Assembly (NCBI GenBank): GCA_965644295.1
Contig: CBFFRP010000002.1
Location: 124,001 to 188,000, forward strand
Direction of reading: 5' to 3'
Length of the DNA stretch: 64,000 nt
From: Paraphysomonas bandaiensis
Taxonomy: Eukaryota > Protista > Chrysophyceae
In this document: positions 1 through 13,962 of the stretch, piece by piece
Layout: each line of letters opens with the position of its first letter
Numbering within the stretch: the stretch's first letter is position 1
Program-made: the position numbers and the translations under genes
The notes under the pieces: model-generated
The model's database searches: none
What the model was told of the DNA's origin: nothing
The model's input: only the letters and a program-made list of their open reading frames with translations

Positions 1-3000
1 CGGGCGCCTAGTGATCCCTAAAACACCACCAGTAGATGTAGTTTGTGGTAAGGTGCTCTGCTCCCGATACAGTGGTCAGGGGTCAGAGTTTGAGGTGGAT
101 GGAGCTGTTGACTTAGAAAATGCAATGAAACTATGTGTATACGAAAGAGACAGCTCCTCTGCCATGAATCTTGTAGTGTAAGGACGTGTACACTATGTTG
201 TAGTAGTCGTAGTAACGGATATATGCAGATTGTTTGCCAGTGCTGATAGTACCAAGACATTTTTATCCGCCCTCAGTGGTGTAGTGAGCGTTCATAATAT
301 TATGGTACGGCGCCGTGCATAGGAGATATATCAGTAAAGGATGTGTGCAGGGATTTCTTATGGACATAGGATGGTATGAACCAGACTCTGAGCTAGAAAG
401 CCAAGAAAACAGTAGTTCAGCACGACGCCCTACTCGGCTGGAGGTGTGCTTGCCAGTTACTGTGGAAGAAGCTAGCAGCTCTGAATCATCAGATAACGAC
501 GACAGTCTTGGTGAAAGTTATAAGAGCTCTTGCAAGACCGATAGTGGGAAAATTAGTGTTGAGAGAATTCACAGTCATGATTCTCAGTGTGCATCCTCAG
601 TGGATGCTCCGAATAAAACACGGAGTATAGTCCGGATGCTCTCAAATGAGTCATACAATGAGTTAGATGCAGTTGACGTGGAAGCTCAGCACAGAACTCA
701 ACCAGAAATCGTCCAAGAATCTCGGCCGAGTCGAATCAGTCAATCTATACATAAGTTACTAGGCATTGTGAGAAAGGAGTCAGATGTGACTCATGGTGAC
801 AATGCGGAAACGACGAATGTCATGCGACAAAACTCTACTGCTGGGGATGAGAAGCGTGAGAGTTCACTTGTTGTCGATACACATGGCTCACAACCGCGCA
901 GTCGTTTCAGCTTCCTGCGAGCGATGTTACATCCAAATGTATCTCCACGCGGGGAGAGTGATATGTCATTTGGTGATTTTGGTGAACTAAAGGGAATAAA
1001 AGGCTCTCGACCTGTACCAACAAGTCTCCCGTCTGGCTCCCGCACTACTCGTGCCGTTGGAGATGGACTTGGAGCAGCTGTAGGGGGGATCGACTTCGAG
1101 GCACTTCTAGTAAAGAAAAGTGAATTCAGTGTGCGGACGCTAGAGTTGCAACTGAAAGATATCAAGCCTGCTCCTACACTTCAGCTTCGTGACGAAAAGT
1201 CTATGGGGCAAAATAGAGGCTCTCTAAGCTCCCCCACAGCGTCGGAATTGTTTAGAGAAGATACTGACATTAACCCACTTTTTCTGAGTTTGAATGGCAC
1301 CGACCTCTCGCGCGAAAAGCATTTAGAAATGATAATCAAAATCATTAAGCTTCCGATTACCGAGTCAATATCGATGGTTCAATCTTGGTCTGTTGCTGGA
1401 GTGACAGGGGACCTGCCTCATCATTGGGGTACCTTTGTAGAACAAAACCCAGTTGCCTTCTCCGAAAAGGTCAAGAATTGTAGGGATGATGGTGGATTCC
1501 GATATAGGATACAGAGGACTGACTCGGGCTCTCCCCGCTCGTCGGCCCCCCTTGTTTCCTTGGACGAGAGTGGCAACGAATCAATTTCCTCCCCTAGAAC
1601 GATTCCTGATAGCTTCAGTAAAAGGTACTTTTCGCAAGGATTTTACTACGTATGGTTAATATTTTTGTAGGGTGCCATCTCCTGATAGCTCTGTGGACAT
1701 ATATTCAACGCACAATACAAACGGGTCTAGTCGGGACTTACTTTGTGAAGAGTTTATCCATGGGTTATCCCTACGCTACTGCGATATCACTCCCAGAGGT
1801 CGACCTGATGAATATCCTACCTATTATTTCACGTTTCCTGACGTTTTTATTCAGGAGTGTCTATTCTCGTTGATTCTTTGAGACAGAACAGTACATTGAG
1901 AACTTTAGATCTGCAGGGTAACCATATCAGCAGGGATAATGCAGCTGCATCTCTGGGTATGGAAACATTGAGTACAATTTTGATAACTTATCGTCTTTAT
2001 GTAGGGAATATGCTAAATTTCAACAAATTTTTGGTGGAGTTGAACGTTCAAGAGACGGAACTGGGTAACACGGGAGCCACCATGGTTGCACAAGCTCTGC
2101 ATATCAATACTGTACGTATATCCTACTCGTGCTGTAAATATACCCGCTAATCTTTTACTGACAGAGCATTGTTAAGCTGAACCTGAGTGGTAATCATATT
2201 GGGCACGTAGGGTGTTTAATGCTATCGCTCTCATTGGAAGAGAATGCCACACTTACCCACCTCAATATTTCCCGCAATGAGATTGGTCCACAAGGGGCCA
2301 AGAGTTTATCTAAAGCTCTATATATCAATAAGACACTTAAATACTTGGATTTGAATAGGCAAAAGCTGAAAGGTAAGATCGGCCCAGATGGAGCGAAGTA
2401 TATGGCGCGGTGTCTTCGTATGAACAATTCGTTGAAGATACTCCGTATGGGTAGAAATAGGATTTCATTTGAAGGAAGTCGACATATTGCAGGGATGCTG
2501 CTTGTGAATCGTGGGTTGAGAATACTAGACTTAGCATATTCTAAACTGGGCGTTGAAGGAGCCATGCAACTGGGAAATGCTCTTCATCAGAACAACTCTT
2601 TACAGTCATTGGTATTGGCTAATCGTCTGCTCCCAATCTGCTATTTGAAGGGGGTGCATGATAGTGACTATTACATGAGGCCCTCAAGAACCTCACTTCC
2701 TGTAGATGTATCGTATATATCTTCCAGGAATTCTGCCTCACAGGATTCTCCTTCAGTTGCATCACCACAGCATATCAATGGGGACTCTCAGAACATTGAG
2801 GAGTATATGCTCGACGATGATGTGTATAATGCCAATTCTTTGGGAACTCTGAACTGTGATGTGGCATATGATTGCAGTATGAAGTCGTTTGATGTTATTG
2901 ATCTTCAGGTGCTTTTCGCATCCCCAGTTGAAGACTCGGGGATTTCATCTATGAGAGGCACTGTCAGTAGTCACACCAATGACCATAACTCCGCTTTGCA

Positions 3001-6000
3001 TAGGGGAACGGATTTTGCTGAGGGGCAACGAAAAAGCGGTCAAAACAATGACTCTAGTAATAGCTATTATAGCCACGACAATAGGGGAAGTGCAGGCTCA
3101 CAAGTGTCAAATTTATCACACACCACGAGCACTGGCGGTTCTGTTATTCTCCCCCTTCCAGTTGGCGACGAAGAAGGTGTTCTTATTGGTCAACTGGTTA
3201 AGACCAACAACCTCTTGAAAGAATTGCGGCTAGAAAATACATTCCTCCCGATACAGCAGCTGCGTGGTCGATCTATTGTAATGAACTCTACTACTCCGTC
3301 CGTATACTCCCTGGATATGACCAGTAGTAATTTAATGTCTAGTGATGCTATAGTGATCGGGCTTCTTATTGCGGAGAATCCGTGCTTGCGCACAATATGT
3401 CTCAAAGGGAACCACTTCGCAAAGACTGAAGGCGAGACGTGGATAGCCAACGCCATCAGCGTTAACTCAACACTCTGCTTGGATACCAATCTGTGGAGTG
3501 CAGAAGAAATGTTCGCTGATGGATATCATCAGCTTGCTGCACTGAAAGGTGTTTCTGCGTCAGGTGATAGTCACTACCGTGAAACTGCGTTATATGCGAA
3601 GCACCATTGTTATACTCTTGGTTCATTTACGTTTCATTTATAGGGGCTGCGATTGAGCCACAGCGACTGGACACATTGTCCTACAAGCTTTTCATAGTAG
3701 GTGGGGGAGTAGCGTACTATCTGGATCTATTCTCAGACATATATGTCACTGTCCTATATGCAAGCAAGCCAGCCCTCTATGAGCATTCGTGGGTTGTATG
3801 GAGCGCTTTTATTATATGTCTGCCCACTGTGATGACCTTATGCTCTATTATTTGGACGACCTGGTCTAGGGATGCTGTGCGGGCAATCCAACAGATGCTG
3901 ATTGTGTTGATTCAACTACATCCAGTGCTGCATGTGTACGAGAGCCTGTTGATGGGAATTGAGACAACAGCATGTAAGCTTTGAGACTCTGTATATTCAC
4001 AACCCACTGATTTCCATCTATATTTTGTATATATCTTCTAATCCTCAATATTGTGTTAAAACTTGTTCGCAGTGCTCGACACAAAGTTCCTTGAGGGGGT
4101 ATATGAGAACATTCCACAGATCGTACTGCAGACGTACATCATGTTCCGCGTATCTGTAGACCACGGAGGCTTTGCTATCAGCATTTTTCTTTCTGTGCTG
4201 ATATCTCTTTTTTCTGTGAGCGGTGTACTGGTAATGTTACTGGATAGAGGTAAAGTACGGAAGATTACCCTCGGACCGAGAGATAGGAATCCATGGTTTG
4301 TGCGCTATTTGGCTAAAGTTTTGGCCGTGTTGCTTGAAGGCGACAGGTGTGGACAGACCGTAGTGGGCTCCCCTAGAACTCAAGAGGTGATGAAAGATCT
4401 GATAAGCTACTCGGTAAGATAAAATGCATCCTATTGTCATGTATCCTGGTGGTGCTATGATATTTTATTATTACTTGAAATACAAGCGTCTGTAAGTCTT
4501 GTTTGTTCAGTGCTACACATATTCCCATTTTCTATGGGCGATGGTGTTCCAGTTCACCACCCTCTCTGTCCGTGTTGTCGCTCTGACGTGGCTGCTCGCG
4601 GTAGTGGTGTCTTATAAGTTCGTGATATTTTTAGTGGTGTTTATACCACGAGTGATAATCGTTGCAATGCTGGATCCGAAATCTAGAAGGCGCTCTTTAT
4701 TTCGGAACACTCTTTGGTGCTCGTGCTATTGCCTGCTGACGGCTGTCTGGGACAAAGACGATAGGTTTCCTGTAGCGTCCAGGCGGGCCTTCTTAGTGCT
4801 CAATATACTAGATACCATTGAGAGTTTTGGTTTTATTGCCTTTGCTGGGTTCATATCAACTGTAAGTTGTCTATGTATCAATTACCACGTAGCATAATTC
4901 TAATTTGCAGCATTCCAATATGCGTCCCAGCCATGGTGTTTTTGTTGTAGTCTCTGTCATTGTACTTAAGATTATATCATGGCTGTTGATCGTTTCGTGG
5001 GTGCTGCCAGTACATTTTTCTGAGCTACAGGGCATAGATAGTCGAATGACTTTCAAAGAACGCCTGTATTGCCGTTTGTTTGAGTCAGACAGCAAGGTCT
5101 TCTTAGACGGTGTAGTGACTCGCGACCCCGCTGTTGTTTCTCTTCCCCCAGCTCCCACAAGCCCCAAAAGTCCGCGTCATATAAAGTCTTGGTGGTCTTC
5201 AGGAGAGAGATCGGCTACGATGGAGCTGAGTTATATGGCTGCATTGATCAGGACACAAGTCCCATATCTGAAGTCAGGAGCAACGTTTTCGGAGACTACA
5301 CAATCCGAAACAACACCTGTCAAACGAGAAATCTCTAATGGTATTAGCGTGTATATTGTTACTGATACGATGTAATGTGAGATGATTCCTATGCTGGGAT
5401 CAGTTTGTAATGTTTATTCATTCTCTTTTCCTCATTGTAAATGCAGCGAGGGAGCGACCTCAAGCCCGTGATTGGGAAGGGATGCCAGAGGCCATGAGGC
5501 GTAGTAAAGGGAGGTTTACCCTTAGGGGTGGTAAAGGGAGGTACTCTGACGACGACCTTCAAAAGAACATACAGCAAAGGCATCTAAATCTTGAGTAAGT
5601 AATTGAACATATGATTCACCAGTGTTCGACTGGTTACATTCACTGCAGAGGCATTTAACATTTTGTTTTTTCAGAGGATCAAAGCACAAGTTCTCGGGGT
5701 GGAATAGACAGGTGCAACGGGGCAGTCGACGTCATCATACTAAAATTCAATCCCAAGAACACAACACCCGGGTTTTCTTCCCTGATGAGTCGACAGATGT
5801 TGACGGCGATTATGATCCCAATGAGGCAAGTGATGGAATTGGAGTGCCGGGGTATATGGATCAGTGGGCGAAAGTCCCTCAAAATCCTAAAGGAGATCAT
5901 GGACGAAGGGTCACAGCGGGAGTAGACTTCGGAAGCTACTATCCAAGTGACAGCGGCGGGGTTCTACAAGACACTGATTTCAGTTCCCAAGCTAATGCTG

Positions 6001-6077
6001 CGGACAAATCTCAATACTCAGATGCAACTGAAATGTACTGGGAAGAAAACCCTAGCATTATTAGTAAAGATCCATAG
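1..6077 (+). CDS. Multi-exon gene, 5'-partial: RI-like leucine-rich-repeat protein fused to a C-terminal XK-related (XKR-like) multi-pass membrane domain
   Basis: The frame is open from position 2 (GRLVIPKTPP...). In-phase GT-AG introns at about 178-228, 305-350, 1625-1670, 1799-1854, 1957-2003, 2112-2164, 3564-3643, 3974-4071, 4414-4510, 4862-4910, 5341-5446 and 5595-5674 join the separate ORFs, with a stop at 6075-6077. RI-type LRRs include LRTLDLQGNHI, LTHLNISRNEIGPQGA and LRILDLAYSKLGVEGA. XK-family motifs include YYLDLFSDIYV and FLEGVYENIPQIVLQTYI, followed by hydrophobic segments. Confidence 0.8.
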
Positions 6078-8825
6078 TTAAAGACCTGTGGTTACCCTTT
6101 ACATTCGTAAATAGACATCAGCCGGCATTATGCGTGTTCAATTGTAGACGACCTAAATGATACTGCCAGACTGTAAATTTACTGTAGCAGTTGTATGTAA
6201 TGCGGCGTGTACGGTTGTCTTGAAGTGACGTGATGTGCGTGATTGTGCTTGGCATTCCTCAGAGAATCCACACAATATATAGATTTTTTCACCTTTCAAT
6301 GATCGACGACTGGGAGTGTGCAATATTTAGCTTGATCTTCGCGTGAAGGGCCTCCCTGCTTACAATACTTGTCGTTGCTCTATTGACATATTCCATACGA
6401 TTTATTTGTATACAAAACACTCTAAATCCGTGCATATTCATGTAGTGACTCTTATTTAATTTGAGTTCAAGCAAAAATATTATGCGAGTGAATAATGACT
6501 GTACGATATATTTGGTGGACACTAACGAATGGCTTTGAAATGAAATATATATCTGTTCAAGTTCAAGTGGAAATGTGTGTTTTATAATTTTGAGTTCGTC
6601 AATTTTGAGCAATTAAACACTGCAATTAAAGGTTTTGTAAATTTTAACCGCTGGTGAAGAATACGATATAGTTAAAGAATTTCATGAAAATAGTGAAACA
6701 TTGCTGCGTAGAATATGCCAAACTGAAATATTTTGACTGTCTAGCAGGGGATGGCAGCAATATATTGAATTGCAATTACAAAATATTGATTGGAGGACCG
6801 GCCAAAAATTCCATCAATATTCTTAGTCTTTAACGTAGTTCAAATATATCGCAATCAATTATTTGGTAGTCATACACCGAATTCATCTTAGTTGTACCGT
6901 GCAAAATATGAATCCGTGTATTGACGCGACTTCGGGTGTCTGAGCATCAATCCTCGTGAATGTGTACATGTGATATATGATAGGGAATAGTGCTAAAGTC
7001 TTCTTACAACTAGACATATAGCCGTTACAATACACTATCTTGCTACAATATATTAATATCCGGGACAGAAAAAAGCTACACACGTACACTACTTCTCTTA
7101 ATATAAGATATATGCATCACATTAGCAAGAAGAGACGCCTGAATGATGAATGCATACAAAAGTAGAGATATTTATAGATGATGTCGGAGTCCGGTTCAAG
7201 GTGAATCAAACAAGAACAAGTAAATACAGACAACAACATAATTTTAGGAATGCTAACAACTATTTAAAGAATCACACACTATCATATGATGGCTAGGAAG
7301 AGTCAATCAATAAGTATTTGCAGGATGTCTGCATCAGTGATATCATATGAATGCTTTCCTTCATCATGCTTCAGATAAAGTAAACAGCATGTATGAGTAG
7401 ACAGAAATATTACTATTGACGAAAATCTTCCAATAAATTTCTAGGATAAGAATATAAACTGTAACGACATTTAATATATATTGACGTCTATTGGAGCTGA
7501 GAATGGAATTCATAACGATATGCGTCTACTGTCATGTGGTACTATCCCCATTTCGTCTCAAAAAATCGTTTTTACGTGATTAGGACTCAACAGAGCACTG
7601 GGCTAATATAGACATTCAACTTCAATATTCGGTTCAACAGAACTCACTTCTACCTTAATTATGATATTGGCGGTCGTATGAATGAATATGATTTCATTAT
7701 AGCACACTATTATAGAGAAACCACAATCATGAGTCAACTATACAAACACTCCAAGTAAGTTATATTCCATCTTTCGACTGCTGTATAAGATCATAATGGT
7801 GTCAGTGCAAGCGATCTGTCTTCATATCCAGGACTTCGAAACAACTGCAAGATAATTACAGGAGAGTTTAAGTGCCATATCTGATGCTATATAGGTGGTT
7901 AGGAGCAGTGAGTAGTGACATAGTAGAGTAGTAGAGCCTCCTCCACACTGCTACTTCTCATACCATACAGTTGCTATTCCCTCAATATTCTTATGTGATA
8001 TGCATGAATACAAGTGAATTCATATGTCAAATTCATTAGAATAAGCAATCATCTAATCTATAGGGAACTATCTATCTATCTTAATGCAGTGCTCATGCAC
8101 TGCAGCCAGCGTATCTTATATATAGGCAGCTATCCTCACCAGGATATTATGAAACTGTATCTTTACCAAGGGAAATCCTAGGTTTTTATATAAAAAATGC
8201 CAGTTTTATATTAAAAATGTGAGTATGTGCAAGAAAATAGAGATATATAGGAATCGCGGTATATCGCGAGTGGAGGAGGCGTTCATATGGATATGTATGT
8301 AAAGGAAGATTTCCGCCGCTTTGTTTTTTTGAGCTCATGAATATTGCCGCTTTTCGAACTGAAATCACCTCAAAACAGGTCATTTTTATTGTTTTCGTGT
8401 GTTTGATCTGCTCAGCTCAGCTACTGCCATAAGCATCTGCATCCCAACTCCACCCAACAGAGTCTCCAGCCCATCAAAATGAAAATATCGTCCAATCATA
8501 TGCTTCTACTTGACAATATAACGTCACTGTAGTGTAGATCACATACTGGGTTTTTGCACATCGATTTTGTTCATTGTTTATTTCATTGAAAAGCCATCGT
8601 TTTTTTAGTGAAAAGTGAGAAAAAGTGACTTTTCAATGAAATATTTGATGAAATTGATAAAAATTGATGTGTATATCTGTACATGTATATGTATGTATAT
8701 GCATATGTATATATATATAGGTAGGAATTTCTATGTCTTTCTATAAAAGCTTTTGAATACCGTGAAATACCGACTACGTAGTTCCCCATCCCCTTGAGCC
8801 TCACCGCCCTCTAAACCACACACTA

Positions 8826-9336
8826 TGCATATCGGCATGCTTTGTATATTTTTGTTCCAAGATGCCTCTAATATTGAGACAACAATTATCTGTATTCCCA
8901 CTGTAGTTGTCTATCAGTAATATAGAGAATATTTGCTTCAATTTATTCCCGAAAAAATGTAATGCTGACTGCCAATAAGGCTAACCCACACACTATACAA
9001 CCCAGTGCCCTCGTATTGGCATCTTCTGTGTATTTTTGTTCATAGATGCCTCGTATATTGAGACAACAATTATCTGTATTCCCACTGTAGTTATATATCA
9101 ATATCCCACTGAAGATTTTTGTTTCAATTTATATCCGAAAAAATGAAATGCTGATTATCTCTATGTAACCCACACTATGCACGTATCGGCAGTCAGCATC
9201 TTATTTTTCGGAAATAAATTGAGTCAAAAATCTTCTATATTACTGAGCTATAACTACGGCTGAAATACACGTAATTATTGTCTCAATATTAGAGGCTTAT
9301 TTGAACAAAAATACACAAAGGATGGCCAATATGCAT
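8826..9336. repeat. Three copies of a ~150-bp MITE-like element (two forward, one inverted)
   Basis: Core tatttttgttc..gatgcctc.tatattgagacaacaattatctgtatt...tcaatttat.ccgaaaaaat..atgctga occurs at about 8826-8977 and 9012-9155, with the reverse complement at about 9183-9336. Short terminal inverted motif is gtatcggca/tgccgatac. Confidence 0.75.
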
Positions 9337-9430
9337 CCCAGTGGCTGTGGATATATATATATATATATATATAAGCCCAGCATATATTCCATCTACCAAT
9401 CCAATCCAATCCAATTAACAAACATTACAA

Positions 9431-10207
9431 ATGAATTTATTAAAATCTTTATTATTCTTTCATTTATATGTGTGTATGTTATCTATACATATACAACCCT
9501 TATCAAATACAGTCAACTGTGATTTATGTGAAGATAAGTGGGTGTTTGTAATTGGTACTGGTAGAAGTGGATCAACTACTATATTAAGTATGTTAAATAT
9601 TATTCCTGGTATATTTATTAGTGGTGAGAATGATGGTGTTATGAGTAGCTTGATGATATTGTGGGAAAGACTCCGTCGACAAAAATCACACGGTAATAGT
9701 AAATATGGTGCATGGCGCCAGTCTGGTATCGACAAGCACAGTGTTCTCTGTACGATGCAGCTGTATGTTAAACAAATAATTGGAAAGTATGATATGTCAT
9801 CTACTAAGCTTTTAGGCTTCAAAGAGATCCGCCATCAAAGTATAGATAATTTAGATTTCTTTCTTACTTTGTTTCCATGTGCAAAGTTCATTATAAACTA
9901 TAGAAACAACATAAAAGCTCAAAGCAGGTCAGCTTTTTACAGAAAGGAATCGCCAAGTGTTATAAAGGCAAGGCTTACGAGTGGGACGAAGAATATATCG
10001 ACATGGGCTACTCAACATCCAGAAATTACATTTGTATTGCCGCTAGAGGATTTCTCGGTGAAACAATTCAATACAATGTTAAAATGGATAGGTGTTAGTA
10101 ATTGTACGTATGTTGAAATGTATCATTCAAACCCGAGAAATTCTTACAGAGCGGATATTTCTTCAAATGTTTTGACAGGTGATTGCTTAATACACAGTAA
10201 TATATAA
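9431..10207 (+). CDS. Sulfotransferase-family protein with N-terminal signal/anchor; intronless
   Basis: PAPS-binding loop VFVIGTGRSGSTTILSMLN, downstream GENDG and GFKEIR motifs, hydrophobic N-terminus, 258-aa uninterrupted ORF. Confidence 0.8.
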   Translation: MNLLKSLLFFHLYVCMLSIHIQPLSNTVNCDLCEDKWVFVIGTGRSGSTTILSMLNIIPGIFISGENDGVMSSLMILWERLRRQKSHGNSKYGAWRQSGIDKHSVLCTMQLYVKQIIGKYDMSSTKLLGFKEIRHQSIDNLDFFLTLFPCAKFIINYRNNIKAQSRSAFYRKESPSVIKARLTSGTKNISTWATQHPEITFVLPLEDFSVKQFNTMLKWIGVSNCTYVEMYHSNPRNSYRADISSNVLTGDCLIHSNI

Positions 10208-11773
10208 AAATATGAAGAATTTTTGCTACGTGTTGGTGAAAGATTTCATTAATATTTCACTGACTTCAGGATGCTCCTAAATTCATCAGACAGACTAAGG
10301 CCTTCGGTAGTCCGGGTCCGGGTAGTCCGTACTATGTTCTTATCATACTACAAGCACATATCTGAGTTCCTTACACAACTCAAACCATGTTGGGTCCTAG
10401 AGTCATCAAAAGTACAGGAGTGGTAGCAGAGCGCAAGCAAGTTATCTGGAAAAGTATTGTAGTCTATGCTGAGTAATTTTCCTAAAAATGTTTTGTTTAC
10501 GTTTAATGAAAATTTTAGCTGAGTAATAGTAAGAAAAATGTTGTGATTATTAGAATGTAAGTGATGAACACAGTAAGAAATAAACTCAACACTATTGAAG
10601 TCCAATTCCATCAATTGTAACTCATCAAACAGATAATCTTCTATTGATTCTGCTGTAAAATCAATGTCGGAATCCTCACCTTTATAATGGATTCCACAGC
10701 GTAGCAACACTTGTTGCACAACACTTTCTCCTAACAGCACACGAAGAAAAGTAGTGCTCTCCAGCACAACTCCATCCGTCAACAACTAAACCTAATGTGC
10801 TTGGTAACATTTCCTTACTGGTTTTAGCGACCGCTTTGTCAATCTCATTTAAATACTTCATTAACGTTGTTTTAGATATATCTGTTCCAAGTTGGAGTAT
10901 CTACTTGAATTTGGGGAGTGATTCCTAAATAACTTAAATCCTCCTTTGGCAGTGTAATAATACTGACTTACTAAAATCCACAAAATTGGGCAGTGCAAAT
11001 TGTTAAAATTTGTTTTTATGCTAACGAATTATATGCTTGGTACTTCTTGAGTCTTTGCCACAAGCGCAAGGTACGATTACAACACTATGAAACACAAATC
11101 GAAATGTATGAAGTCTTGCTATATGTGAGCCATTATAAACTGTAATTCTACGGTATTGGATCATGACCGTTACTCAAAGAGTATTACGAGAACTAATATC
11201 ATGATAGTAATTACAGTAGTAAATTATTTTCACCGCTTTGGAATACGTATGTTTCAACATATAATTATGTGTACAATAAAAACGAATCGGACCTATCTAG
11301 TAAGGGAAATATTTTTTAACCTAGTCAAATTGGTGGAATTTCCTAGTCAATGTAATGAATGACTCAACCTAGTCGCTCTTATATCTATTGATTACACACT
11401 GTGACTGTCTAAGATACTGTCTCACACCACACAATGTATTATAGTGGCTTACAGAGCATCAAAACAAACACTCAAACATAACAATAAGCTCATATATACA
11501 TATCTACCTAACACAGGTCGATGTATGTCTATCTAGCCTATCTATAGCTTACAAGTATACAGCGATGGGTCCCTGTGAGTGTTTTGGGGAGGAGGGTCCA
11601 TGAAGCTGTGGGTATAACTCACTCTATGATCTGCAGGACATTTTGAGATCTTCATATGCTGTGAGTGATGGCGCTCATCTTCCTTCACTTCTGATTAATT
11701 AATTTTCAGGGAACAAACTTGTAAAAACAGCATCATTGAAGTAGACTGTAGAGTGTAGATCTGCAGCAGAGCA

Positions 11774-11972
11774 TCAGTATCATGAGGAGTGTGTCTCACA
11801 TCAGTCTTACAGTATTATGAGGAGTGTCTCTCATCAGTCTTACAGTATCATGAGGAGTGTGTCTCACATCAGTCTTACAGTATCATGAGGAGTGTCTCTC
11901 ATCAGTCTTACAGTATCATGAGGAGTGTCTCTCGTCAGTCTTACAGTATCATGAGGAGTGTATCTCTCATCA
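11774..11972. repeat. Minisatellite, ~6 copies of a 33/35-bp unit
   Basis: Unit cagtcttacagtatcatgaggagtgt(gt)ctc(t/a)cat repeated head-to-tail. Confidence 0.9.
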
Positions 11973-13953
11973 GGGTCACCCCATACACGGCCAAAACTCG
12001 AGAAATGCAAAACTCGACTTTTGCCAAACTCGAGATTTACTCGGCAACCTCGATCGAAAAGAAAATGAGGTTACCGACTTTTTTATCGACTTTGGCCAAA
12101 GTCGATATTCATCTACATTCGACCGAATGATGCATGTATACAACAATGTAACATATTCTTGTGATTTGATTCAGTGTCGGGCACATTGTATTCGCAGAAG
12201 ATGGCTGAAAGTGGCGTTGTGGAGGCGAATATGTTGTCGTAAGTATCGAATAATTGGTCTTACTCAGCCAGAGATATAAGAGCTTTAAGCGAGCTCAGAC
12301 AACTTTAGTTTGGGAACAAGTTTACTGTTGCGTGTGAGAGTGCCTTTGTCACACGAGTCATTCTAATTTATACTTTACCTCCTCGATGCTTCTTTATCAG
12401 TTATCATACAAGGAGTCGATGTGGACACAGCCACGTGGGGATCGGATTTCCCCTAATTTTTGTGCAGAGAAGGAATAAGGAATTGAATTGGGAATTCACA
12501 TGCTCCGATTTATGGCATCGGAAGGGCCAAGCACTTGTTTATCTGGACGCTCTATAGAGTGAGATCACTGCATCTATGGGCGGGAAGACATCATCAATTC
12601 TGTACATTCCACTTCATAACGGCTTTTTGTGGATACTTCTACGAGGGAAGTTTGTCACAGAGGGACCAATGTGTCAATATTTTTCTTATTCGCTTCAGTC
12701 AGGGACAGGATCTCTTTGACGATTAATTTCTTGACCAAGGGGCTAGGAATCCTTTCAGGCAATTGTGCACTATGAGTCAATGTCCAATAATATACATGTC
12801 AATGTATAATATATTTAATCATTTCTAATTTAGCATCAATAAAATCTTGGAATTTTTGGTTTCCTTGTATTATCTCAGTTTTGCTTAACTAGTTCTGACT
12901 CTTACATCTTACACGCCTATTGCAAATAACAGACATTCACTGCTGTATTATCTCACCTGTTGCATTTTGGAAACTTTCGGGGCAAGTTATTTCATCTCCT
13001 TTAATTCACTTATTAGTATATACTTGCTTAAAATATCTATCCATGCATCTAATAAACCATCAGACACAATATTGTCAAGTAAATCTCTATCAGTCACCGG
13101 TCATCATATAAGTCTAAGTCATTTTGGTACACTTTATCCATGATGCAGATCAATAAAATACATGACGTCAGAGGCAGCGAAATAGCAGTTGCGTCTAGCC
13201 AACTAGTACCTTCAAAAATACTTGCCACTTTTAAGTATTTCTCAAGTTTTCACTATCTCTGGCTCTGACATACACAGTGACAAGGAGATCGAAGTCTTTC
13301 GGGTTCCCTTCTTCTCAAATAGACACCGTTGTGTTGATGTCATTCTCAGACATACTCATAAAGTTTGACCATACTCTGCTATGTACTGAAGGTTCTGGTA
13401 TAGTAAACCGGAGTGGAAGTTCACGCTTTCTCATACGCTAAATCGAAATTGCTTAAAAATAGTTCGTTCAAGTGTTCATGACGATAGCAGCGAGATGATC
13501 TCACATGCCTCGGGTAGCTTGCATGCCAAGTTTCAAACCCTTTGTTCCAAATAGATTGTAGATCTCATTCTCTCCCATTCAAACTCTTTAAGTGTATCGA
13601 TATCAGTGGTGGCCATTCTTGCAGCTTACTATGATTATATATACATATATGTACATATGACTCATCAGTTTGCGTATTTCTTGTATGGTGAGAATATAAA
13701 AGTCGAGTTTTGCATTTCTTGAGTTTTGGCCTTGTATGGGGTGGCCCTAAAGTCGAGTTTCTCAAAAGTCGAGTTTTGCAATTCTCGAGAAATATGCTTG
13801 TATGGAGAGAATATTGGGGGTCGAGTTTTGCAAAAGTCGAGTTTTGCATTTCTCGAGTTTTGGCCTTGTATGGGGTTTTGGGTTTTGGCCTTGTATGGGG
13901 TTTTGGGTTTTGGCCTTGTTTGTATGGGGTTTTGGCCTTGTATGGGGTGGCCC
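11973..13953. mobile_element. ~2-kb non-autonomous DNA transposon with TIRs and subterminal repeats
   Basis: Left end gggtcaccccatacacggccaaaactcgagaaatgcaaaactcgacttttg is matched in inverted orientation by gtcgagttttgcatttctcgagttttggccttgtatggggt...ggccc at 13700-13953, which has several subterminal copies. No intact transposase ORF inside. Confidence 0.7.
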
Positions 13954-13962
13954 CCAGTCTTA

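Noticed and set aside
7100-7900. Protein-like fragments (RFNRTHFYLNYDIGGRMNEYDFIIAHYY)
   Set aside because: Interrupted by stops and not assignable to a family without a search.
10348-10785. 145-aa minus-strand ORF
   Set aside because: No ATG start and no recognisable motif. It may be a decayed gene fragment but cannot be supported.
11774-11972. CRISPR-like 33-35-bp palindromic repeats
   Set aside because: No unique spacers, no cas genes and a eukaryotic context; it is a simple minisatellite.
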